Virus record (IMG/VR): IMGVR_UViG_2513237162_000001 | Coordinates: 1 to 43,910 of that record | DNA length: 43,910 bases | Reading direction: 5' to 3' (one strand) | Source of the DNA: a virus | Shown here: positions 1 to 7,954 of the stretch, piece by piece | Numbering within the stretch: position 1 is the stretch's first letter | Layout of the letters: each line of letters begins with the position of its first letter | The notes under the pieces: generated by a model | What the model was told of the DNA's origin: nothing | Seen by the model: only the letters and a program-made list of their open reading frames with translations | Database searches by the model: none | Made by a program: the position numbers and the translations under genes

Positions 1-47
1 ATACTCCCTTAGCAGGGGAGCGCCTTCGACCACTCGGCCACCTCTCC
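1..47 (-). tRNA. tRNA-Ser(GCU), 5' portion only inside the window
   Basis: The reverse complement reads GGAGAGGTGGCCGAGTGGTCGAAGGCGCTCCCCTGCTAAGGGAGTAT. This gives an acceptor 5' strand, a class II style D arm, and an anticodon stem CTCCC/GGGAG with loop CTGCTAA (anticodon GCT). The variable arm, T arm and 3' end would lie left of position 1, so completeness cannot be checked. Confidence 0.7.
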
Positions 48-56
48 GGTGCGGCC
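1..56. repeat. attL: left copy of the 56-nt direct repeat
   Basis: Positions 1..56 are identical to 43855..43910. The repeat may extend rightwards beyond the window end, which cannot be tested. Confidence 0.85.
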
Positions 57-208
57 CTGATAGGCGGAATCACCTTGGCGATCAAGAGGTTTTTCGATCT
101 TTTCGACAAAATGGCGTTTCCGCTATCTTGCAGGTTCATGCGGCTGAAAACGGAACGTCGCGGGAACGGGTTGTCACAAACGGCACAAATTTGGCACAGC
201 AGGTTCTA

Positions 209-442
209 ATGATGTTCTGCAAGACAAGGATCGTCCACTTTGTCGGCTTCAAGGGCGACGAATATCACTCCGCCGTCAAGACGTTCGGACAGCCGCATTA
301 CATTCACAGGGGATGGGATCTGCGGGCTCAGCGTGAAATTGCTGATGGCGATCTTGTGGTGTTCGCCTTCGGCCCGAGCGATCAGGAGCCGCGCGTCAAG
401 AGCTATGACGACATTCGAGAGACGGTCTATAAGGAGCAATGA
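209..442 (+). CDS. Hypothetical protein (cargo position next to attL)
   Basis: The ORF track gives 128..442 with a TTG start. I prefer ATG 209 (MMFCKTRIVHFVGFKGDEYHSAV...). No motif was recognised. Confidence 0.55.
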   Translation: MMFCKTRIVHFVGFKGDEYHSAVKTFGQPHYIHRGWDLRAQREIADGDLVVFAFGPSDQEPRVKSYDDIRETVYKEQ

Positions 443-444
443 GG

Positions 445-822
445 ATGGAGAAACCAATGAGCATGATCGAGCGCGTCGGCAACGCCTTGGAAGAGGTGCA
501 GCTATTCTCCCGCTGGAACGACTGGACGAGCGACAAGGTCGATGGGATGCCTATCGAGATCTGCCGTCATGGCGCTGAGGGCGAAGACGAGATAGTCGTC
601 GTGAAGAGGTTCGATGCGTCATGGAAGGAACCGGATGCTTTGCGCGTCACGATCAAGGACGCTCTTGCCAAGGCAGCGATCGAGGCCATGCGCGAGCCTA
701 CCGAGGCAATGGTGGAGGCGTCCGCTGCAATCTACGGCGATAATTACCTATATCGGTATGAATATTCGAAAGACCAGTGGAGAGCCATGATCGACGCTGC
801 ACTCAAGGGAGAGAAATCATGA
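445..822 (+). CDS. Hypothetical protein
   Basis: The ORF track gives 439..822. ATG 445 lies 8 nt after AAGGAG (431..436). Confidence 0.6.
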   Translation: MEKPMSMIERVGNALEEVQLFSRWNDWTSDKVDGMPIEICRHGAEGEDEIVVVKRFDASWKEPDALRVTIKDALAKAAIEAMREPTEAMVEASAAIYGDNYLYRYEYSKDQWRAMIDAALKGEKS

Positions 823-1040
823 CGTTCGGTGATCTAGTCAGGGAAGCTCGGGAGATTGGCCGTCGAGGTGACAGGGAGGAGATCGACAGGTTTTCTGCCC
901 AGAGCTATGTCTGCCGCATGATAATGAGTGGTAGGATTGGAGCAGGCGTGCCTGACGAGCCGCCAAGCACCCCGCATCAGATATCGATCGCGACATCCAT
1001 CGTTGAAATGACGAATGCCGCCCTCAAGGAACAGGACTAG
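819..1040 (+). CDS. Hypothetical protein
   Basis: ATG 819 overlaps the previous stop (ATGA). Its stop overlaps the stop of the convergent gene within CTAG at 1037..1040. Confidence 0.55.
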   Translation: MTFGDLVREAREIGRRGDREEIDRFSAQSYVCRMIMSGRIGAGVPDEPPSTPHQISIATSIVEMTNAALKEQD

Positions 1041-1495
1041 GGCCGCATAATCGGCGTCCGCCACAGCGTCTTATTCGCCCGCGTCTGCGCGTCATCGAGC
1101 TTACTGCTCAGCACCTCAACGCGCGTAGCGACCTTGTTGATGCTGTCGATCGCCGTATCAAGCTTGCCGCCGAGCGATTCCACCACGCGATCAATCCTGG
1201 CGTTTGAAGCCTCGATACCCTTCTTGTTCTCCGCCACGCCTTCAATAGCTCGAGTTGTCTGATATGTCAGCGGCGCGATATCGGCGACGGCTTTGTTCAG
1301 GTCGATATCGGCCTTTATGCCGCGATCGGTTTCCGACTTGAGCTTATCCTGGATGTCCTGGATATCTCGCTTCGTGTCGTTCCACGAGATCGCGGCGACG
1401 GCGATATTAGCCGCCGTGGCAAAGCTGAGCCCGCCGACGACGACGAGTGTGTTGAAATTCCACTCGAACCTTTTGCTTCGCTCTGGCAATTGCAT
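1037..1495 (-). CDS. Membrane-anchored coiled-coil protein, function unknown
   Basis: ATG 1495 is preceded by GGAG. An N-terminal hydrophobic helix (LVVVGGLSFATAANIAVAAISW) is followed by a charged, heptad-like region. A 165-nt gap separates it from the upstream esterase gene. Confidence 0.6.
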   Translation of the reverse strand: MQLPERSKRFEWNFNTLVVVGGLSFATAANIAVAAISWNDTKRDIQDIQDKLKSETDRGIKADIDLNKAVADIAPLTYQTTRAIEGVAENKKGIEASNARIDRVVESLGGKLDTAIDSINKVATRVEVLSSKLDDAQTRANKTLWRTPIMRP

Positions 1496-1660
1496 GTAAT
1501 CTCCGTCCATTTCCTGCGCGCCCTGCCCTATGCCCTGTCATGCTTTTTAACCGATAGGAAAGGTTGGTCTGGCACCGTGTGTCCAGCCGTCGCGATCCAG
1601 TGAAATCGTGAAGGTCAGGCCGGACACCCTGTTGACGCAGGTTGTTCCGGCCGCTTGCTG

Positions 1661-3055
1661 TCACCACGCCTTGGCTACGATGAAGTCCCTGACGAAGCCC
1701 GCGACCAGCGCATATCCGGCCGCGTTAAGGTGCAAGCTGTCAGTCCGCAGCGCGGCTGTTATCACGTCCTGCCCATAGGCCGTTGCATCTTGATACGGGC
1801 CGCCAGGAGCCTGAAGCGCGATAATCATGGACCTGACATCGAGCCAGTTGTTTGGGTAAGCCGCCTGCACAGCCGCGTTGTTGCTCATCTTGTTGATGTA
1901 GCCGGCACTGCCTGAAGGCTCTGTCGAGGAATTCATCGACGGCAGGATGATGAACTTGGTCGTGGGCTGGTAGTTGACCATCGACTGGATATCGCCAAGG
2001 ACTGTATTCCCGGCATCTGGGCCGTTGGTGCCCGCCCAGATAATGCGGATGCGATCGATGAACCTGACGTCAGCATTTGCGCGCGCGGCAATCTGTGTCG
2101 AGGTCTGCCCGCCGATGCCCTGGTTCGATGCCTTGCGGTTGAGCAGCCCAGCGAGAACGGTTATCCATCTGTCGGCCGCGGCAAGGAAAGCGTTCTCGAT
2201 CATGCTGTCGCCCCAGCCGACGACATTCGTGATCTTCGCGTTGACGCGGGGGTCTTTGGCAGACCATTCGTTACCGCCGGCAAGGTTCGCTTGCAGGCCC
2301 CATTTCCAAGCGAGGAAGCCCTCGACGAGGAATTGCTCGTCTGTGGTCAGGGTGCGGTTGTAGCCGGCAAACTGTGAGATAGCGCCGTTCCACCGTGAGG
2401 AGGTGTTGTCAGGGTCTCCACCGAGGCGCCAAACCGTGCTGGTGCTGTAGGTCGGTACGCCGTTTGCGCCGGATCTGGTTAGAGAATTTATGTAGTTGTA
2501 GGCGATGGTCGGGAAGCCGAGCAACGTGGTGATAGCCGGTCCTGGCCCGCTCTCAGGAGCCGCGCCGTCAGCGATCGCAGAGGCGCCGCAGTATTGGTAG
2601 ATGCGATTGTCTGTGCCGCCTACGTCGACCTGCAGGCCGGATCGGATGTTGCCGGCAAGCGCGGTCTGCGCAAGATCCAGGATAGCGGCTGTGGCGTTAA
2701 GGTCGTTGTACCAGACACGGACCAGTGTGTACGAGGCGGCGGTCAGCGCTCCCGGCTCAGTCGTCATGTCCATATGGTTGGTGCCGGAGAAGTCCAGCGT
2801 ATTCAGGCTGTTCATCGTCCTGGTGCCGGTAGAGGGCCGGTTCGAGCTTGCCGATGTCGCGGACCCGCCGTAAGAGCCCTTGTTGGTCCACGTATTGACG
2901 AGCGCGCCGGTCGCCGAGATCGTCGCAGCGTCGGCCGCGTCGAAGTCGATCACCAGCCCCGGAATGTCCGTCAAAGCGGCCATGGCTGGAGTGCCGGTAA
3001 AGGGGGCGGCTGCGCCCCTCGGCTGCGTAAGGGCTAGTCCAAGACCAAGCATCAT
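1661..3055 (-). CDS. LamG-like lectin domain fused to an SGNH/GDSL hydrolase (putative polysaccharide deacetylase/esterase)
   Basis: The N-terminal half ends with a LamG-type motif (GAISQFAGYNRTLTTDEQFLVEGFLAWKWGL). The C-terminal half carries SGNH blocks GWGDSM, GIGGQT, WAGTNG and DSLHLN. The start ATG overlaps the o-spanin stop (ATGA at 3052..3055). Confidence 0.7.
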   Translation of the reverse strand: MMLGLGLALTQPRGAAAPFTGTPAMAALTDIPGLVIDFDAADAATISATGALVNTWTNKGSYGGSATSASSNRPSTGTRTMNSLNTLDFSGTNHMDMTTEPGALTAASYTLVRVWYNDLNATAAILDLAQTALAGNIRSGLQVDVGGTDNRIYQYCGASAIADGAAPESGPGPAITTLLGFPTIAYNYINSLTRSGANGVPTYSTSTVWRLGGDPDNTSSRWNGAISQFAGYNRTLTTDEQFLVEGFLAWKWGLQANLAGGNEWSAKDPRVNAKITNVVGWGDSMIENAFLAAADRWITVLAGLLNRKASNQGIGGQTSTQIAARANADVRFIDRIRIIWAGTNGPDAGNTVLGDIQSMVNYQPTTKFIILPSMNSSTEPSGSAGYINKMSNNAAVQAAYPNNWLDVRSMIIALQAPGGPYQDATAYGQDVITAALRTDSLHLNAAGYALVAGFVRDFIVAKAW

Positions 3056-3360
3056 TTGTGTGTTCCGAATTTCGAGGCAACATCATCGTAAAACTGCACA
3101 GTCCGCCCCTGACGCGCGTTGGCACGGTCGAGGGCTTGGCGCTCGCGGGCGAGGATGGAAATCACTGGCTGGCCCTCTGTGACCGCAGCGTGGGCTTCCT
3201 GCCGCCTGAGGTCATCGGGAAGCGCCGGAAGAACAACGCCGGCCTGCGTCTGCCCTTTGGTGGTAGCCGCACGGTTGAGGCGCTCAGTGGCGGAGCAACC
3301 ACTGACGATCAGCAGCAGTGACAGCGCAAGCGCGGTTCTTTTCCGAAAGCTGAAGCTCAT
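3052..3360 (-). CDS. o-spanin (Rz1-like outer membrane lipoprotein)
   Basis: An internal ATG at 3360 in ORF 3052..3576 gives MSFSFRKRTALALSLLLIVSGC... with a lipobox VSGC. It is in a different frame from the i-spanin gene and overlaps its 3' end by 77 nt (overlapped architecture). Confidence 0.7.
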   Translation of the reverse strand: MSFSFRKRTALALSLLLIVSGCSATERLNRAATTKGQTQAGVVLPALPDDLRRQEAHAAVTEGQPVISILARERQALDRANARQGRTVQFYDDVASKFGTHK

Positions 3361-3646
3361 AGGATTGGATCTCGGTTTCGAGTGTATCTTTGGCGGCCTG
3401 CTCGGCGGCCGAGGCAGCGGCAAGGCGCTTGCGGTGCTCTTCGGTGGCCTGTGCGGCTGCGTTGCGCTGGCGTTCCATCTCGGCGGCTTTGGCTTCGGCT
3501 GCGGTGCGTTCGGCGATGAGGACATAGCCAGCGCGGGCTTCACGAGCTGCGGAGGGGTAGCCGATCGACAGGGCATACAGATGGTAGAGCATCAGGCCGG
3601 CGGCGATGCCGGCGCCCATCTTGAGATAATCGAGCAGCCCAAACAT
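3284..3646 (-). CDS. i-spanin (Rz-like)
   Basis: ATG 3646 (MFGLLDYLKMGAGIAAGLMLYHLYAL...) gives an N-terminal TM helix followed by an Ala/Glu/Lys-rich coiled coil. The start overlaps the upstream stop (ATGA). Confidence 0.7.
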   Translation of the reverse strand: MFGLLDYLKMGAGIAAGLMLYHLYALSIGYPSAAREARAGYVLIAERTAAEAKAAEMERQRNAAAQATEEHRKRLAAASAAEQAAKDTLETEIQSYELQLSEKNRACAVTAADRQWLLRH

Positions 3647-4056
3647 CAGCAGTCCCTCAGAACGCCGTGGTGCAGAAAGCCGTGGAATCCATCGACGACG
3701 ATTGATCCCGCTCCAGCGCCGCATGTGTTGCCGGCCTTGTCGACATGGAGCGGATCACCAACCGAACCATGCCTTACCCAGCAGCGGTGCTCCTTGTCGT
3801 CTGGCATCGTGCAATTGGTCGCCCGCCCGTCGATGCGCCACCATGTCGTTCCATCGCCGCACGGAATGATGCAGATGATCGAAAGGCCGTCATGACCCTT
3901 CGCTCCGCCTCTGCGTTGCGCGAACAGCGCTCCCGGAGGGAGTTTCGTAGCCTCTTCACCTGTATCGAGATTGCGGAAGATCATCCGCGTCACGCCGCTC
4001 TCTGCCGTCGATTGCCGGCCGGTGTCCTCCCACCATGTGCAGGGATATTCGGTCAT
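3646..4056 (-). CDS. Cys/His/Trp-rich protein of unknown function inside the lysis cassette
   Basis: ATG 4056 (MTEYPCTWWEDTG...) overlaps the endolysin stop (ATGA). It has seven Cys, including IPCGDG and HRCWVRHG. I did not recognise a family with certainty. Confidence 0.6.
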   Translation of the reverse strand: MTEYPCTWWEDTGRQSTAESGVTRMIFRNLDTGEEATKLPPGALFAQRRGGAKGHDGLSIICIIPCGDGTTWWRIDGRATNCTMPDDKEHRCWVRHGSVGDPLHVDKAGNTCGAGAGSIVVDGFHGFLHHGVLRDC

Positions 4057-4520
4057 CAAAGGCCCTCCAAGCAGAACTGGCGTTCCTTCTGCCGGCGCCG
4101 GGTGAGGCCGGGAAAGACAATCCCTGCAGCGCGGTTCCACTTCAGGAGGGCTTCGCAGCCTTCAGCGGTCTTGCCGGCATTGATGAGCTTGACGGCGCTT
4201 GAACCGCAGGCGGCCTTGATGCCCACATTGTACGAAAATGACGTGAGGGCGACGAAGCGCGAGTCTGGCAACGGAACCGTGACGCAGTGCTCAATGCCGG
4301 CCGCATACTTTTGGAGTTCGAGCGACAGAAGCGCCTTGCATTGCTCGACGGTCTTGCGGTCCCCCGGCTTCACCCCGTTCGTGCTGCCGTAGCAGATCGT
4401 CCACGGCTGACCTTGCGTGGCCGGATCTGGATAGGCGTTCTGCCTCAGCCCCTCGAACGAGCCGACGAGTGCAACAGCCATTGCGGCCGCAGCGCTACCC
4501 TTCTGGAGGCGGTTTGCCAT
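4056..4520 (-). CDS. SAR endolysin, glycoside hydrolase family 24 lysozyme
   Basis: It has the motif SFEGLRQNAYPDP...WTICYG (E-x8-D...T, lambda R/P21 R type). This is preceded by a weakly hydrophobic Gly/Ala-rich N-terminus (GSAAAAMAVALVGSF) typical of signal-anchor-release domains. Confidence 0.8.
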   Translation of the reverse strand: MANRLQKGSAAAAMAVALVGSFEGLRQNAYPDPATQGQPWTICYGSTNGVKPGDRKTVEQCKALLSLELQKYAAGIEHCVTVPLPDSRFVALTSFSYNVGIKAACGSSAVKLINAGKTAEGCEALLKWNRAAGIVFPGLTRRRQKERQFCLEGL

Positions 4521-4749
4521 TCAGGTCTCCTGAAACTTTTTGCTGGATGAAGATGCGGGCAAGGATGGCCGCCGCTGCGAGGAGACCGGTGAAAGCCTGC
4601 ATGCCAAGCTGGATGTAGATGTTCTTGGAAACCCACGTCGCTGCTACGAAGTTGTAGACCGGTTCAAGGATGATGAGGAGAAGAGCAGCGCTCATAAGCC
4701 GGACGCTCCAGGCGTGCTTTATGACCGCGCGCCAGTTGCTGACGAGCAT
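4495..4749 (-). CDS. Holin (two TM helices, pinholin-like)
   Basis: ATG 4749 has GGAG upstream. The 84-aa product has two hydrophobic helices (LMSAALLLIILEPVYNFV and LGMQAFTGLLAAAAILARIFI). It overlaps the endolysin start by 26 nt. Confidence 0.65.
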   Translation of the reverse strand: MLVSNWRAVIKHAWSVRLMSAALLLIILEPVYNFVAATWVSKNIYIQLGMQAFTGLLAAAAILARIFIQQKVSGDLNGKPPPEG

Positions 4750-4777
4750 GGGAGGCTCCGATTTGTGGATGGTGTCT

Positions 4778-5632
4778 TTAGAGGCCCAGCGCCGTGACGA
4801 GAGCGGCAACTGCCAGGGTAGCGCGCTGGTCTGCGCCGGCTTCATTCAGATGCGTATTGTCGTAGCGACCGGATGGCGGGATCAGTTCGACATTCTCGCC
4901 GGCAAAGACCGTGGTGTTATTGACGACACTGGCTTGAGCCGCGAGGACGGCGGGACTCGTATTGCCGTAGTAATAGGCTTCCTGAGCAACCAGCATCGGG
5001 CAGCCTGGGATCGCCCTGTTGAACTCGGCAATCACCTTCTGCAGGCTGGCGGCATAGGATGCCTGCGACGTTCCGGCGATGGAATCGCTCTCGCCCTGCC
5101 CCCACATGATCGCGGTGCAAGGCAAGCCAGCGTCTCGCATACGAAGGCCAACGGTGTTGATGCGGCGGAAGAGGTAGGGCTCAAGGTTCGGATCTGACCA
5201 TTGCCCGACGCGGGTATTCCCTACCGCCATCGGCACGATAATCACCCGGTCATAGACCCCATCACTGATCAGCTTATCCGCCATCCGCAGCAGCCATGTG
5301 CCTTTATGCGCCGGATCGCTGCCGCCATTGACGCCGAGCAGTGGGTCTTTGGCCTGGTAGAGCTTGCCATCCCAGATGTTGAGCTGATCGATGTTGGAGT
5401 TTACCGGGACATAGGATGTCGGGACGCTGTTGACGCTGAGCGATTGGCCGATGAAGACGATGACCGCCGTTCGTTCGCCGATGTCTCCGAGCGCCACTTC
5501 CGTTCGGTCGGAGAGATCGAGATAGGGTTCCGTCCATTGGATAACGCCGGCAGAGGGGTAGATGTAATAGGCGCCGGCCGCCGTGTAGCGGTTATAGGCC
5601 AGCCCTGCCCCCCCGAAGAGCATGGACGCCAT
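4778..5632 (-). CDS. SASA/DUF303-type carbohydrate O-acetylesterase
   Basis: It has the motifs VFIGQSLSVN (GQSN-like), MWGQGESD and DNTHLNEAG. ATG 5632 overlaps the upstream stop (ATGA). Confidence 0.65.
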   Translation of the reverse strand: MASMLFGGAGLAYNRYTAAGAYYIYPSAGVIQWTEPYLDLSDRTEVALGDIGERTAVIVFIGQSLSVNSVPTSYVPVNSNIDQLNIWDGKLYQAKDPLLGVNGGSDPAHKGTWLLRMADKLISDGVYDRVIIVPMAVGNTRVGQWSDPNLEPYLFRRINTVGLRMRDAGLPCTAIMWGQGESDSIAGTSQASYAASLQKVIAEFNRAIPGCPMLVAQEAYYYGNTSPAVLAAQASVVNNTTVFAGENVELIPPSGRYDNTHLNEAGADQRATLAVAALVTALGL

Positions 5633-6396
5633 CACTGCACCACCCAGCCAAGTATGCCGGTTTGATAACCGTTGGGCTGGTTCCCATCGCCAAGCCAAGT
5701 CTGGGCGCTCCCGCCGACGCCGCGTTCCAGCCACCGCAACTCATGGTAGCCAATGCCGACATATCCAACATATCGCGCCCATGCTGGCAAGATCGGGAAT
5801 GTATTTGCGCCGGCCGCCGGGTTCTTTACCTGGGAACAATCAGCCGCGGAACTATCGATGCCGATCCCGACGAAGCCGCTGGAGACAGTTGACGTGCTCC
5901 CTGCCATGTAAGCCGAGGCCGTCACGTCGACCATGCGGCCCGAGACACCGCAGAATATCTCGATCTGGTTGAGTGCATTGCCACCAGCTTGGCGCCAGGC
6001 GGCCAGGGAATACGACCATGACGACGCCGTGTCGATGCGGCAAACCGGGAGAACGATCGCGTCATAGCGGCTCCAGACCAGCCTGGATTGCTTCGTGCTC
6101 CGTGTCAGCCCGTTCGCATGGCAGCGGAAGCCACCGACCAGTTCGGCGTCTCCTGCGTCGATCCCGCTGAAGGATATCGCATTGACGATCTTGCAGCCGT
6201 CTTTTTCGACTTGAAGCGCGCGTGTCGTGCTGTTCGTCCATTCCGGACCCATGACGAGCTCGTCGTCGGCCAGGAAGACATCGTAGCATTTGCCAGCCAA
6301 GGCGCTGGAGATATCGAGACTTTCCGCTCCGTAATAGAGCATGCCTGTCGTGACGTCGGTTTCCGGGAATTCATCGGCTGAAACTGAGAGGCGCAT
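5632..6396 (-). CDS. Hypothetical virion/tail-associated protein
   Basis: ATG 6396 is preceded by AGGA. It sits between the tail fibre and the esterase. No motif was recognised. Confidence 0.5.
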   Translation of the reverse strand: MRLSVSADEFPETDVTTGMLYYGAESLDISSALAGKCYDVFLADDELVMGPEWTNSTTRALQVEKDGCKIVNAISFSGIDAGDAELVGGFRCHANGLTRSTKQSRLVWSRYDAIVLPVCRIDTASSWSYSLAAWRQAGGNALNQIEIFCGVSGRMVDVTASAYMAGSTSTVSSGFVGIGIDSSAADCSQVKNPAAGANTFPILPAWARYVGYVGIGYHELRWLERGVGGSAQTWLGDGNQPNGYQTGILGWVVQ

Positions 6397-6465
6397 ATTA
6401 TATCCTATTGCGCAGAGGGCGCGCGTGGTATTCAAAGAGCCGAATTAGTTTTGGAGGGAATTCAA

Positions 6466-6678
6466 ATGATGCTTGAAAAGCTTTGGAAGCCGGCCGCCGC
6501 ATTGGCGTTTGTTGCCGTTCTCGCGCTGCTCTGGGGCGAGATTGGCGTGTTCGCCGTTATCCCTGCCGCAATTGCTTTCGCTGGTATTTACATCGCGACC
6601 ATGTTTGCGTTCGCCGTATGGGCCAATATCCGCCTTGATAGAGGTGAATCCCCTGCATCGATATTCGAGATAAAGTAA
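6466..6678 (+). CDS. Small membrane protein encoded opposite to the late operon (moron-like)
   Basis: ATG 6466 lies 6 nt after GGAGGGA (6454..6460). The 70-aa product is almost entirely two hydrophobic helices. Confidence 0.6.
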   Translation: MMLEKLWKPAAALAFVAVLALLWGEIGVFAVIPAAIAFAGIYIATMFAFAVWANIRLDRGESPASIFEIK

Positions 6679-6697
6679 TCATGGCTTCGTCAGCATC

Positions 6698-7954
6698 CTA
6701 TTCATGGAAAACATTGAACGAACCACCATCGAAGTTTTCGACACCGTTACCCGTTTTATAGTATATTTCAGTAAGAGGGCCTACAGAGAGTGTTTTAGAC
6801 CCGGAAGAAGAAAACCAACCAGGGGTGTCCGTTCTTACAACTGTAGATGTAAAAGCCCAAGTATTAGCGTTGACGTTGGTGAGAACTGCTGAGCCCTGAT
6901 AGATACCTGCTGCCACTGATGTCCCGTTAGTCAAAAGAAACTGACTAGTCGAAGACGCCGCCGAGGCCGTGGCACACGCATAACCAGACGTTTCTGGTCC
7001 ACCACCAGAAGTTCCTATTTGTATAGCAAAACCGGTCGTACCGTTTGTAGACACATCAGAGAACGAAAGGGTGATCCGCTTTACCCCAAGCGGGATAGTA
7101 AAACTACCTATAGAAGAAACTGGACTCTGGGCAACACTTGTCACCAACCCTGAACCGACGTTTACCTTCTGGTAGTTCGTCACCCGCCAGTTGCCAGAGC
7201 CGAGAGAAACGGCCTCAAGGCTATCCCCTACCGCAGTGACGACGTTGACTCCCTGCGGGAGAATGAGCGACGTCGCATTGTGGGTGAGCGTCAGGATGCC
7301 GGAGAAGACCAGGCGGCGAAATGTACCAGCGGCGACCGTGCCGAATGCCGTGATAGTCGTGGTGCCGGTGACGGTGACGTTCTGGCTTGTTGCGGCGCCG
7401 ATGTTGGTCGTGCCGGCCGAGGCGACGGTCGCAAAGGGCTGAGTCACGGTGTTTGCCTTCTCGGCGAAGAAGGCAGAACCGTCGCAGACGATCCGCGCCG
7501 ACGATCCATTTGACACGATCAACGTTGCCGCGCCGTCGATCGTCTCGGCTGCATTTGGGTCGATCGTCACGTCAGCGCCGTCTGCGATGACGGTGTAATG
7601 CCAGTTGACGCCAAGCGTTGCGGCAGCGGTCAGGGTGACGGTTGCCGTCGCGGTATAGCGATGAACGGCGTTGTTGTCGGTGCCGAGGGCGGTGTAGTTG
7701 CCGCTCTTGGCTGCATAAACGACCTTATTGTCAACCGAAAGCGCTGTTTGGGCTGTTGCAACGGACGTTCCGCCTGTGCCGCCTGCGGATATAGGGCGCG
7801 AAGCATTGGCATCCGACGTCAGATCGTTTACAAAGGCATTGTACTTCGCGCTCTCGATAGGCGTGAGCGTGGTGGCCAAAGTGCCTGCTGGGGGGCTGTA
7901 TACCCCACTACCGTTTCTAGGGATGGCCGTAACTCCTCTTCCATTGCGTGGCAT
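6698..7954 (-). CDS. Tail fibre protein
   Basis: The N-terminal motif PRNGSGVYSPPAG...YNAFVNDL...RPISAGGTGG is typical of alphaproteobacterial phage tail fibres. The body is Thr/Ala/Gly/Val-rich. The distal third is lower in GC. Confidence 0.75.
   Translation of the reverse strand: MPRNGRGVTAIPRNGSGVYSPPAGTLATTLTPIESAKYNAFVNDLTSDANASRPISAGGTGGTSVATAQTALSVDNKVVYAAKSGNYTALGTDNNAVHRYTATATVTLTAAATLGVNWHYTVIADGADVTIDPNAAETIDGAATLIVSNGSSARIVCDGSAFFAEKANTVTQPFATVASAGTTNIGAATSQNVTVTGTTTITAFGTVAAGTFRRLVFSGILTLTHNATSLILPQGVNVVTAVGDSLEAVSLGSGNWRVTNYQKVNVGSGLVTSVAQSPVSSIGSFTIPLGVKRITLSFSDVSTNGTTGFAIQIGTSGGGPETSGYACATASAASSTSQFLLTNGTSVAAGIYQGSAVLTNVNANTWAFTSTVVRTDTPGWFSSSGSKTLSVGPLTEIYYKTGNGVENFDGGSFNVFHE

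Noticed and set aside
3052-3895. The long versions of ORFs 3052..3576 (Pro-rich N-terminus), 3284..3724 and 3119..3895.
   Set aside because: Internal starts at 3360 and 3646 give textbook o-spanin and i-spanin N-termini and ATGA coupling. The upstream extensions and the + strand ORF are frame shadows.
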